Shown: in pieces, positions 25,527 to 38,455 of the stretch
Layout: each line of letters opens with the position of its first letter
Position numbering within the stretch: the stretch's first letter is position 1
Source: Eledone cirrhosa
Taxonomy: Eukaryota
Direction: 5' to 3'
Assembly (NCBI GenBank): GCA_964016885.1
Contig: OZ024742.1
Location: forward strand, 333,808,001-333,872,000
Length of the DNA: 64,000 nt
Program-made: the position numbers and the translations under genes
Notes under the pieces: model-generated
What the model saw: only the letters and a program-made list of their open reading frames with translations
Database searches by the model: none
Told to the model about the DNA's origin: nothing

Positions 25527-26555
25527 AGATGATGCATGACATACCCTGACTGAGTAGATGGTTAAGATTCAGTCATGGTAGTGAATATGATATGACAAAA
25601 CTCAATATTTATATACCTTAAGATTCACACATTAAAACATTTGTTTACATATAATACAGACGGTGCGTGTGAGAAAGCTTAAAAATCCATAATAGTATTT
25701 TACATAACTGTTAGAGATTCAAATAATTTACATTATTGAAGAAAGAAGAAAGAAAGAAGAAAGACAGAGAGAAACAGATGAGGAAAAATATTACTAGAAG
25801 TATAGAAACCAAAAGAGAATTGATCAAAGATAGAGAGACAAGGAGGGAAAATATTTATAGTATAAAGCATAAGGAGGGAGATTTGTATTGTCGTGGATGA
25901 ATAGGGTGTGATTAGATGATGCAAATATATATGTATATCTATATAAATATGAATATACATTTGGGCATAGCTTTGTGAAAGAGTAAACTCGAATCTTTGA
26001 ATTATCTAGAAGTAACCATTAATCTAAAGGTATAATATTTCAGGCTATAAAATTTAAAAATAATTATATTAATATAAAATATTAGTATACAATCATAATT
26101 AATTCATAAAATCATATTTAAAGTATTTGCAAACATGAGAAAGAAGCGACTTAATATTTTCATCCTCACGAAGGTAATCCATATCAAATTATATTATTTT
26201 ATATTATATTAAAAAAAAAAAAAATGTTATATTAAAATAATAATTCCCATTATATAATTTAGAATATAATTACAGTTATAAATTTAAACATTTAAAATTA
26301 ACAATTAGAATAGTAAAGTATCTAAAAGCCTTATAATTAGACTTAAACAAGGGTATTATTAAATTAGATATACGCATTTGTCTAAATATATACAAAGAGA
26401 ATATACATATATATATAAGCATAAGGGATATTCAATTTGTTGGTAATTCAACAAATATAAATCTGTATAACTGATTCAGAGCATTCGACAAGTTTTCTGG
26501 GGTATAATATACAATTATATTAAATAAATGTAAACTATATTTATGAAACCATATT

Positions 26556-26619
26556 TATTCTATTATATATATTTCAAGGGTTCCAAAAAAATGTTGGTAC
26601 GCTATCATCAGATAAAATA
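26556..26619 (-). ncRNA. Minimal type I hammerhead ribozyme motif
   Basis: UAUUUUAU-CUGAUGA-UAGCGUACCAA...UUGGAACCCUU-GAAA-UAUAUA-UA-AUAGAAUA. The ~160-bp context is homologous to 24700-24860. Confidence 0.75.
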
Positions 26620-26685
26620 CGAAGTGTGTTTTATAAATTTTGACATAACGAAGGATAATATACCTTAACGGTTCAAGTTATCCCT

Positions 26686-27310
<625 letters not shown>

Positions 27311-27735
27311 ACCGAATGATTCTCGGCTTCAGACTTAAGAATAAAGTAAATAAAATACAGAGGTAATTGAAATTAAATATATACATACACGTAAAAACTC
27401 ACCATGCGTATGCAAATACAAGCTGGTACAATAAAAAAACAAAACACGCACTCACATACAGAACCCACGCAACGCCAGTACCCGCACACATACGAACGTA
27501 TACACCAGATACACATAAAAATATATATAAACAAAAATATATATATATATGTGTGTTTGCTTGTGCGTGTATACATATAATTAAATAAACGTATATAAAT
27601 ATACACACATAAATAAGTATATAACGCGCGCACACACATACCTAGATGTAAATACACATATGTTCGCAGACGACGTCAACCAAAACACAAAGTACACATA
27701 TACACACACTCTACATACGTACGAACCCGCATACT

Positions 27736-27816
<81 letters not shown>

Positions 27817-27903
27817 TTCCACAACACTGATGTAAAAGAATTGTTCTCGGAAATGGTGAACTGAGTGTTGTGGAACTACCTCTCTCTCTCTCTCTCTCTC
27901 TCT

Positions 27904-27935
<32 letters not shown>

Positions 27936-28089
27936 GAATGTAATTTTTGTTTTAATGTCCCACGTGTGTATCATATAAGTGATGCTAATATCTGTTTCGC
28001 ACTATTGATAGAATATGTTCCACATCAAACAGATGATTTGGCCCTCACGGTGGTGTTGGAGAGATTATACTTTCTTTAGTCACCCCTAG

Positions 28090-29010
28090 TATTCAAACAT
28101 GTTGTAAATTGCCTCTAGGTTCTTTAATATTCAAATACCTTGTTTTGTGTGAGGAGACCACATTGGACCACAATATTCAAGGTGGAGCCGGGATAATGTA
28201 TAGTAGAATAGAAGGATGATGTTCACTTTCTGAACCGGAAATTGTGATAATCCAGGAACACATCTTGCGGACCAAGTAATTTTATTGTTTATGCTTAAGT
28301 TGTCAACAATTACTCCACGGTCTCACAAGTTCTTTGATATCACCAGGGATTCATTGGAGGAAAGAAAATCTGGAGAACACGGAACATATTCTTTTCGTAA
28401 GTATTTATTCTCGTTTATATCGCCCATAGGATAACAGCGAGTAGATCCGATTGAAGGTATGTCCGTTGCCCACGCACTTGGTGACCTTTTTAAGCTTAAA
28501 ATGATATTCGACACTTCCTATCTTCTCGTGCTTGATGACGTATATATGTATGTTCCTATGATATGTAGTAGCTCAACACTTGCCTTGTGACACTCCACTT
28601 CTCATTATGGCTGCACTTAACTACAACATAATGGGAGCTGTTTGTCAGGAAACATTTGATAAATTGCAGGAGATTTCCAAAAAATCCAGTGCTGGATAGT
28701 TTCTTTCAGAGAATGTTGTAATCTCCCCCATAAAAGGCCTTAGAGAAATCAAGTTAAATGACATCCGTTTTGTGTCATATTCCAAAGCTTTCAGCTTATC
28801 ATCAAATTTGCGCAGAAGTTGCGTTGGCAAACTCTACCATCATGGATCCAATAGTGGTTGAGGCTCGACAGAGTGTTCATTTCAAGGCAGTGAGTTATTC
28901 ATGGTCTCAAATTCCTGGTGATATAGGTGGCGTGTGAGATTTTACGGTAATTAACTGCAAGACAATTTGTACCCGTCTTTGAAGATGAGTACGACACAAT
29001 GGGACAGAAA
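28090..29010 (-). pseudogene. Decayed CR1/L2-group LINE reverse transcriptase fragment
   Basis: Minus strand: NYRKIS, DVI*LDFSKAF, GNLLQFIKCFLTNSSHYVVV, SGVSQG (cf. DVIYLDFSKAFD, SGVPQG). Many stops and frameshifts. Confidence 0.75.
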
Positions 29011-29013
29011 ATG

Positions 29014-29100
<87 letters not shown>

Positions 29101-29107
<7 letters not shown>

Positions 29108-29464
29108 TAAAATAACAGATTAAAGTTTAAGCAAAGAATCGCTGTTTTCACCCTTTACGGGATCTTCTGAAACTAACAAAGTCAATCTGTGAACGCAGAA
29201 TTGAATATTTCAAAAAACGTTGCAACCGGAGGAAGACAGGAAGACGATACTCCGGTTGCAACGTTTTTTGAAATATTCTCTTCTGCGCTCATAGATTGAC
29301 TTTGTTAGTTTCAGAAGATCCCGTTAAGGGTGAAAGCAGCGATTCTTTGCTTAAAGTTTAATCTATTATTTTAATAAATATTTGCTCTACGGTTCTTATA
29401 TATTTGATATATATTTATCCTTATCGAGCCCTCTTTGGATTTTAGTCTTCAAATTTATTATTAT

Positions 29465-29468
<4 letters not shown>
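29101..29468. mobile_element. Family Y fold-back element (~130-bp arms, 18-nt loop, ~90-nt unpaired 3' tail) within (TA)n
   Basis: 29101-29231 is the reverse complement of 29250-29380. The tail matches the reverse complement of 30335-30450. Confidence 0.9.
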
Positions 29469-29525
<57 letters not shown>

Positions 29526-29687
29526 TATTAGGATTGGTGCTCTGAAATAGCGATGTATACATGAATGTATGTATAGTATAGTTGACAATATACCGTATGT
29601 TTAAATGAATACATTTTGGAGACCAGACGCTATCGGTTTTAAAGTAGTGACTATGTCACTTACTTCTTTTCGGCGAAAGAAGAGAGA

Positions 29688-29734
29688 CACGCTAACAGTC
29701 TGTTTCACGCTGTTTGGCGATCATCAGAGCCATG
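29688..29734 (-). ncRNA. Type I hammerhead ribozyme motif (left arm)
   Basis: CAUGGCU-CUGAUGA-UCGC CAAACA GCGU-GAAA-CAG A CUG-UU-AGCGUG. Confidence 0.75.
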
Positions 29735-30002
29735 CACTCCCTGCTTACGCCGAAAATTATAGAAGGTGGATGCTTATAGAATTCCAGTAATAATCAGGAG
29801 ATGATTATACAGAGCGAATGCCGGTCCAGCAAAAATTAGCTATTAGGATTGGTATATTCAGGTATACATCACTATTTCAGAGCACCAATCCTAATACCTA
29901 ATTTTTGCTGGACCGGAAATCGCTCTGTATAATCAGCTCCTGATTATTACTGGAATTCTATAAGCATCCACCTTCTATAATTTTCGGTGGAAACAGGGAG
30001 TG

Positions 30003-30045
30003 CGTGGCTCTGATGATCGCCAACAGCGTGAAACAGAGTTAGCGT
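30003..30045 (+). ncRNA. Type I hammerhead ribozyme motif (right arm, stem III partly deleted)
   Basis: GGCU-CUGAUGA-UCGC CAACA GCGU-GAAA-CAGAG-UU-AGC. Confidence 0.65.
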
Positions 30046-30168
30046 CTCTCCCTTCTTTCGCCGAAAAGAAGTGACATATTCACTACTTTAAAATCGATAG
30101 CTTCTGGTCTCCAAAATGTATTTATTTAAACATGCGGTATATTTTCAAATATACTATACATACATACA

Positions 30169-30262
<94 letters not shown>

Positions 30263-30334
30263 TGTGTATGTGTGTGTGTATGTGTATGTGTGTGAACGCG
30301 TCTGTGTGTGTGTGTAAATATATGTATATATATA

Positions 30335-30550
30335 GTTATAATAAATGTGAAATCTAAAATCAGAAGAGGACTTGATAAAGATGATATATATAAATTATAT
30401 ATATATATACATATATATATATAAACCCGTACAGCAAAAATTTATTATAAATACAGATTAAAGTTTAAGTGAAGAATCGCTGTTTTCACCATTAATGAGA
30501 TCTTCTGACGATCCCGTTAAGGGTTAAAGGAGCGACTATTTGCTTAAACT
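30335..30550. mobile_element. Family Y copy with a short fold-back centred at ~30505
   Basis: CAGATTAAAGTTTAAG..AAGAATCGCTGTTTTCACC...TCTTCTGACGATCCCGTTAAGGGT...TGCTTAAACT. Confidence 0.75.
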
Positions 30551-31222
30551 GTCTTTGCGTTTTATTAATTGTTTGCTGAACACCTAAAAGAGATCGGGGA
30601 AATAAGCAAAAGATTTCTAAAATCTAGTACATTCAACGCATGAAGATAGCATAATATGAGATCCAAAAACAGTAATAGAATAAAAGAATGCGGTATTATA
30701 TGATGTAATTTATGACATAAAGTCAAAAGAGAAGTAATATAATCAGAAAATATAAGTATATGTATACGCTGTGTGTTGGGTATATAATATATATCTATTT
30801 TTTTATCAGAACAATTGATACTTTGTCTCCTGCATAGAATGTCATTGCATTGTAAGCATATATTTTGGAGGAATTCACTGCAGAGACACACCTATATATA
30901 TATATGTGTGTGTGTGTGTATGTGTTTGTGCATTCGCCCGTGTGTGTGTGCGTGTTCGCGTGTGGGTATGTGTTTGTGTGTGTGTTCACCTATGCTTAAA
31001 CAATATATATGTATCCTTTTATATGTATAATATGTCGTATTTTATTTCAGAGGCGTCGATTCACTGGAACCGTTAAAATGTAAGACTAACTGCTGCCAAA
31101 TGCCTAGAAGTACTTTTTCGTCTCATTACGTTTTGCGTCTAAGTATGATTGCTTGAATTTAAGTATATGTTCTTCATATTGAAGGTCCCCTGAGAAATTG
31201 TCCATAATCGCTATATAGATAC

Positions 31223-31310
<88 letters not shown>

Positions 31311-31347
31311 TAATATATCTCTCTCTATATGTATCAGTATATATACT

Positions 31348-31383
<36 letters not shown>

Positions 31384-31403
31384 CACATATCTATGTGCGT
31401 ATA

Positions 31404-31476
<73 letters not shown>

Positions 31477-32109
31477 GTATTTATATAAATTCCTGTATCT
31501 TTGTGTATGTGTGTGTGTGCAAGTGTGTGTCTGTGTCTATGTGTGTATGAGTGCGATTGCGTGTGTGTATGGTAAATGTGTGTGTGTGTGTGTGTGGTCA
31601 TGTGTGTGTTGCCACGTAATTAAAAACAAATTCTGCTATTCCTTTCATCCAATGTACATGATTTCCGAAAAACAGAAATTGAGAAAATAAGTACCAGACG
31701 TATTACTCGGGCTGGTGCCTTATTATGCTGGCTGTTTAGAGATGGAAACCAATAAATTTTAAAATAAAATATGAAATCCTTGTGACTGAATTATGACTGG
31801 CAATGTTTCTCCACAAGTTTGAATAACTGATGCAGTGTCCTCAGTAGAGGTTCCTCTATATTCCCCTCTGGTTGGAGTAGTGATACACAGTCCAGCAAAG
31901 ATTTTAGAATGTTCTCACTTCTCTTCTTTTTCATAGATTATTTTCCTTTTTCTCTTTCTCTTATCATTACGATGCTTCCAACCTAATTTGACATAATTGA
32001 ATGATTATTTGATATTCTTAGATATAAATGACCATAGGGACTCGGGTTGCGGTTACCAACCTGGTGTCCATATATACATAAATATGGGCTCGGTTAAGAT
32101 CTAGCTGTC

Positions 32110-32232
32110 GAAAAGGCCGGATAGCTCAACCATCGGGGTCCTGGCTCTTTACCTATTACCCAGTCTACTACACTAAGTATCGAGTACTCTGGTGCGTTAT
32201 GGTCCACCTGGTTCCTTACCACACTTCCTTCA
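32110..32232. mobile_element. Diverged family X copy (opposite orientation to 24016)
   Basis: GAGTACTCTGGTGCGTTATGGTCCACCTGGTTCCTTACCACACTTCCTT is the reverse complement of 24020-24068. Confidence 0.65.
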
Positions 32233-33339
32233 TTATGGGGCTCCGTTAGCTATTTCACGTGTTTTCTTAACTACATAGTATACATACACTATATGGTGCC
32301 CATTCGTTTCTCAGTATAACAGCTAACTTTTAATTGCTATTTTCTCTTCATACACATTTCAATTGTTTTTATAAACATAATATCACACTCAATTAAGTAT
32401 CCATTGTTTCTATGTATAACTATTCTCTTCGTTTGATTATTTCTATCACCATATATCTATCTCTTTGTGTAATAATTGCAACAAGGGTCTATAAAAAATT
32501 AATTTGAAGAGAAATGTTCTTTGGTAAGGACATTTTTGGGGATCAACTGCAGTAACTTGTCGTATATTGATCAGGATTGAACAAACACAGAGACAGAGAG
32601 AGGGGATATATATATATATTCTGGGTAGATAATATAACTATCACTCCTATATCACTATAGATTCAAATAACTTTGACAACAGCGTATAAAAGGGTCTCCT
32701 GACAATCATACATATTCTTTTAGATAATGTACAAGGACATTTGATATGTATTGAGTATTATTTTCTTCCCTTTGATATCTAAAATATCTGACTGTCCTCA
32801 TATATTTTTTGGAAACATTTTTCATAAAACAATTATAGTTAATTTGATATGATGCATGTAGCATATGTTATATCAATAACATTTGTTTACTTGCAGTTCA
32901 TATATATAATATTTTGCGCTTAGCAGCATATATTCCCATGATAACTTAGATTTGTTTCAATTGTTCATATATCCTATTACCCGCAACTCCTCACAAAAGA
33001 TGCAGTATCCTTATCATAACAGATTTGTTTTCTTCCGAAGATAGTTTTATTCATAAATATCCCAAAGATATATTTTGTAGCCCCAGATCAAATATCACAT
33101 TTCTTTCTCTGTTCCCATCACAAAACTCCAACCAGCCACTGTTCTACTGGTCGTAGTTCGAACATCATATGATTAGTTTGATTTGAACGGCTCACATATA
33201 AATGGATATATCTGCTTTAACACAGCAGATATTTCAAAATTAAAGATAATTGTCTTAGATATCACTACTGTTTCGTTTCTATTTGAAATGGATTACTGAA
33301 AAATGTAAACACTTTCACGTATTTCAACGTAAACAGATT

Positions 33340-33585
33340 AAAGGCCAGGAAAGACCATGGGATTTTCACCTAGAAATTTCCCTTCTGAAGCACAGGTCCG
33401 GGCAAGGTGGTTTGTGGAAGACAAGCAATCGCTCAAGCATCCCCTCCCACGCCAACAATGTGGTTCAAGGTAAAGTCAATGACCGATACAACCCTTACAA
33501 GATCACAACGCAAAGCCCGATCGGAGAATTGAATTCACAACCTCGTGAGAGTAAGCGTGAAACTCTAACCACTAAGCCATGCGCT
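33340..33585 (-). mobile_element. tRNA-headed SINE (second family)
   Basis: The minus strand begins GCGCATGGCTTAGTGGTTAGAG...GTTGTGAATTCAATTC (A and B boxes). Confidence 0.65.
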
Positions 33586-34114
33586 TTCAATCATAAACAA
33601 ATTATACTTATGACATTTCAACTACTAAAGTTGTTTCATCATTGAATAACTGCCATTATGATTCCATGTACAAAGGCGTATTGCTATAGAAATGCACTCA
33701 ATGCCATAGAAATTATAGAAAATATCTGAAATGGGCAGATAATTTGCATAACGCGCATAGGTTGGGTGACGTAAATATATAACCAATGATTATTTTTCTT
33801 ACACACAACATATATTTGAAGATTAAGATAAGCTTATGTTAGATATAACTACCATTTGTATGATAGAAACATTAGTCATAAAAAGAAAGAATAAACACGT
33901 CAGAACTTTCAAATCTAACACTTTACACAGAAAAATAGTTTTCATACATAGAATCGTAGGGTAAGTTTTCATTCATGAGATGTAAATATTAATTCAAATG
34001 TCGTCATAAGTATCATTAAATATTTTTCAAAGCTAAGAGTTCTAATAAAGAAAAGAAATGATAGTAATGTATAACATGATAATATTAATCTTCAAATATA
34101 GACCTTGTTCTATA

Positions 34115-34376
<262 letters not shown>

Positions 34377-34404
34377 GTCACTATATATATATATATATAT
34401 ATAT

Positions 34405-34466
34405 ATTAAAATATCAGATTAAAGTTTAAGCAAAGAATCGCTGCTTTCACCCTTAACGGGATCTTC
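34405..34466 (-). mobile_element. Family Y fragment next to (TA)n
   Basis: CAGATTAAAGTTTAAGCAAAGAATCGCTGCTTTCACCCTTAACGGGATCTTC. Confidence 0.8.
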
Positions 34467-35014
34467 AAATATATGTTGTGTGTAACAACAATAATCATTG
34501 GTTACATTGATATATATATTTCAATGTGGTCTACCCTTGATGGTAGGGTTCGTACCGTGGATAATGCAGTAAAATCCATAGAATCCGATGAGTTAATTCC
34601 TTAGATACAGTGCCAGATATTAGGTGTTAAGTTAACAATGAAAATAATAACATAGTCAAGTTATTTTACCTATTCATATCATTGTTTTACAATCGTTTCG
34701 AAGGGTTGATCATATTGACATATTGTCTAATCTATAGCAGTTATATAACTGTACACTATCAGACTTCCTAGATCAGACAATATGTGAATATGATCAACCC
34801 TCTGAAAAGATATATACTGATTCAATTCTATTCCATATATGGCAACTGTACTCATCCTCCTGCGTCTTGCGAATACTCCAACGATTGAAAGTAGCTTTTG
34901 AATGTTTAATTTGGAACAAATATCAAAGACCGGATCGTTTTGCTCTGAGAGTTCCCCACACCCTGAGGAAACGATTTTAAATCCCGAATTATTAGGACGA
35001 AAGAAAATATTAAT

Positions 35015-35160
35015 GATAATTGTTTCTACTTTTGGCACAAGGCCAGCAATTACCAGTGTATTACTGGTACTTTATTTTATCGACGCCGTAAGGAGGAAAG
35101 GCAAAGTTAACCTCGGCGGGATTTGAACTCAGATCATAAAGGGACGTAACTCTATGCTTC
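35015..35160 (-). mobile_element. SINE (2427 family), partial
   Basis: GGCACAAGGCCAGCAATT...TTTATTTTATCGAC...GGCAAAGTTAACCTCGGCGGGATTTGAACTCAG. Confidence 0.85.
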
Positions 35161-35328
35161 AAAATATTAATGATAATGATAACTAATGCCAGGAAGCACG
35201 TAATCGTTGTTGTTGCCTCCATTTAGATTAAATTCTAAAGTCCATTTCGCATTGACTTAGCCTTGTTAAAAAAATCATTTTCTCCATTATACGCTATACA
35301 AAATGCGTCAAGCAAGCTAACTCGATCT

Positions 35329-35381
<53 letters not shown>

Positions 35382-36108
35382 GTTTGTATATGTATAATAA
35401 AGCCAAAACAATGCAAGTATGGACAGAGAATAAAGAATGCAAATGCAAAAGATATTGTTGACAATTAGCCTTTTACCTTAGATTTATTTAAATGTCCTTA
35501 ATTTTCGAGATAATATCTCTTCTTCAGAGCGAAGTAAAGTTGTCAACCAGTGTTCTAAATAGCTTGCCAAGTCATACTGACAGGAAATGGTATAGAGTAT
35601 CTGTTCTATCTCTAATGTCAAAGAGTTAAGATTAGGTGGATAAAGAGTAGTCTCCCTTTAAATGGGGTTTGTTTTTGTTTTTTGGGTTTTTTTAAAAATA
35701 TACATGCCTGTTTAAGTGTGTGGGAGAATGCATGAAGGTGTAAGTATGTGAGTGTGTGTGTGTGAGTGTGAGAAGATATGTCTATTCTTAAATGTGGGGG
35801 ATAGGTGTTATCTCGTGTTAGAACTGGTTTTGTGTGTGTATGTGTGAGAGAGAATAAGTGGAGGTGTAAGCTTGTGCGTGTGTGTGCGTGCGTGTGTGCG
35901 TGTGTGTGGGGGGTGTAAATATGGGGCTAGAAGCTCTATCAAGTTATAAATTGGGTGATGAGTTCTAGTCTATTATTGATTGGTGGTTCTGTTTTGTCTA
36001 TAATTAGTGCTTCCTTACTTCTAAGATTGCCGAGGTTTCTTTCCTTAGTTTCTATCCTAACTGTTATGGTTTTGTCGGTGTTTTTGCATTTAACTAGGTG
36101 TTTCTTGC

Positions 36109-37235
36109 GTGGTCGCAGAGGACATCCACTGCTACGGCCTCCACCCGACGGACATACACCAGCTTTTGTCCTTCACAGTAGACAATACGTACTTCACCTT
36201 CCACCACCACACATACAGACAGACAACAGGATTACCCATGGGATCCGGCCTATCGGGCCTGCTGGCCATCACCTACATGAACCAGCTAGAATGCCGAGCC
36301 CTCAACACCTGCCATTCCCATACCTTCTTCACCCGATGTGTAGATGACATACTCATCCTTACATCATCCCGTGAGGAGGCAGATAAAATATACACAACAT
36401 TCTCCAGCATGGACGCCAGTATAAAGTTCAGCATGGAACACCCCGATGACCGCGGATCCCTATCCCTACTGGACTTCCAACTCAGGGTAACAGAGGAAGG
36501 CAACATCCACACCTGCTTCTATAAAAAAGCCGCTAGCAGGGACCTGTTCGTACATTTCAGATCGGTCCTCCCACTCGGTGCCAAGTTCGGATACATAAGG
36601 AATGAACTGGCACGTATCCGGAACAAATGCACCGACGCTAGAGACCGAGACACACACACCACACATATCCTGGAAGTACTCAAACTGAACGGATACACGA
36701 CATCCACCACAAACTGTGCCAGAAAGAACAGAGGACACCACACCCGAGGCACTAACACTTGCTTCCTGAAGCTCCCACACTTCAGTGAAGAAACAACAAC
36801 AGCCATCCGCATAGCTATCAGACGAGCCACCAACTGGCCCACTCAGGTCCTTCTCTACGCGGACAGCTAACCAAAAGACACTCCACCAGACATGACAACT
36901 GCTGCAGACTAGCCAACTGCCCCATCAACGACACAGACCTATGCGACCAGGCTTACGTCGTATACAGACTAGAGTGTGACAAATGCAACAACTTCTACGT
37001 AGGTAGCACCACCAGACCACTCCACATACGAATAAAAGAACACCTCAATACTAACGCTTCCTCATTTAAGAAACACCTAGTTAAATGCAAAAACACCGAC
37101 AAAACCATAACAGTTAGGATAGTAACCAAGGAAAGAAACCTCAGCAATCTTAGCATTAAGGAAGCACTAATTATAGACAAAACACAACCACCAATCAATA
37201 ATAGACTAGAACTCAACACCCAATTTATAACTTGA
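36109..37235 (+). pseudogene. PLE reverse transcriptase C-terminal half + GIY-YIG endonuclease, frameshifted
   Basis: YRQTTGLPMGSGLS, RCVDDIL (YVDD degraded), FSMEH, LSLLDF, FYKK, LKLNGY. After a frameshift near 36830: CRLANCP...CDQAYVVYRLECDKCNNFYVGSTTRPLHIRIKEHL...KEALII...PPINNRLE, stop at 37233-37235. Confidence 0.93.
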
Positions 37236-37644
37236 TAGAGCTTCTAGCCCCATATTTACACACACCCCACACACACACACGCACACACGCACGCACACAC
37301 ACACACATGCTTACACCTTCACTTATTCTCTCGCACACATACACACACAAAACCAGTTCTAACACGAGATAACACCTATCCCCCACATTTACGAATAGAC
37401 ATATCTTCTCACACTCACACACACACACTCACATACTTACACCTTCATGCATTCTCCCACACACTTAAACAGGCATGTATATAAAAAAAAACAAAAAAAC
37501 AAAAAAAAAAAAACGTTTAAAGGGAGACTACTCTTTATCCACCTAATCTTAACTCTTTAACATTAGAGATAGAACAGATACTCTATACCATTTCCTGTCA
37601 GCATGACTTAGCAAGCTATTTAAAACATTGGTTGACAACTTTAC

Positions 37645-37683
37645 TTCGCTCTGAAGAAGTGATATTATCTCGAAAATTAAGGA
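37645..37683 (+). ncRNA. Minimal hammerhead-like motif in the PLE pseudo-LTR (mirror copy at ~35496-35533, - strand)
   Basis: CUGAAGA-A-G(U/A)GAUA U UAUCUC-GAAA-AU-UA. Stem III is a palindromic AAUU; stem I is weak. Confidence 0.45.
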
Positions 37684-37841
37684 CATTTAAATAAATCTAA
37701 GGTAGAAGACTAATTGTCAACAATATCTTTTGCATTTGCATTATTTATTCTCTGTCCATATCTGAATTGTTTTGGCTTTATTATACATATACAAACGTTT
37801 ATACCTCATTACACAATGCTTCAAGTGAACTATAACCTCCT

Positions 37842-37908
<67 letters not shown>

Positions 37909-38159
37909 TAGTTATCAGTGTGTATTTAAATAGTTGAATCAACTCTCTGTAAGTCGTTAATTACCGCCTATTTTATAACATAAGTCTAATACGCTCTACT
38001 ATCCTTCACCAGGAACATACTTTATGCTTTTTCCATTATATACATTGTTTGGCCATCAATTTGATTACCAGCAGATGAACTAGAAAAATGTTGAATGTCA
38101 CGTGGCACTTAATGGTTAGAAAGGCGCTAATGCTGGGATCATTGTTTATATTAACTGCA

Positions 38160-38455
38160 ACAATAATTATTCTATTTTTAGCACAAATCCAGCAATTACC
38201 CCAGTGTATTACTGTTGCTTCATTTTATCGAACCCGTAAGGATAAAAGGCAAAGTTAACCTCGGCGGAATTTGAACTCAGAACGTAAGGGGCAATAACTC
38301 TATGCTGCAGAACATGTTATCTGACGTTATTTTGCAGCATAGATTAATGGTCCCATTAACTGCACTAATAATTGTCTGTTTCTACTTTTGGCAGAAGGTA
38401 AGCAATTATCCCAGTGTATTACTGGTACTTTATTTCATCGACCCCGTAAGGAAGA
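38160..38455 (-). mobile_element. Two adjacent SINE pieces (2427 family)
   Basis: Two repeats of CCCAGTGTATTACTG...ATCGA.CCCGTAAGGA. The first includes GGCAAAGTTAACCTCGGCGGAATTTGAACTCAG. Confidence 0.8.

Larger units (their letters stand above)
29524..30172. mobile_element. 'Family Z' fold-back element: two inverted ~310-nt units, each with a hammerhead motif, within (TA)n
   Basis: 29524-29853 and 29862-30172 are diverged reverse complements. Confidence 0.9.
35378..37843 (+). mobile_element. Penelope-like element (PLE), 5'-truncated, with a ~730-bp inverted copy of its 3' region on the left, inserted in (TA)n
   Basis: 35378-36106 is the reverse complement of 37068-37800. RT and GIY-YIG coding sequence lies between. 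A 43-nt unpaired tail precedes (AT)n. Confidence 0.95.

Noticed and set aside
25985-26400. Very degenerate PLE RT remnant (SLNYLEVTINL) on the + strand
   Set aside because: It is a single short motif in extremely AT-rich sequence with many stops.
32700-33200. Degenerate GIY-YIG-like remnant on the - strand
   Set aside because: The similarity is too weak to support by eye.
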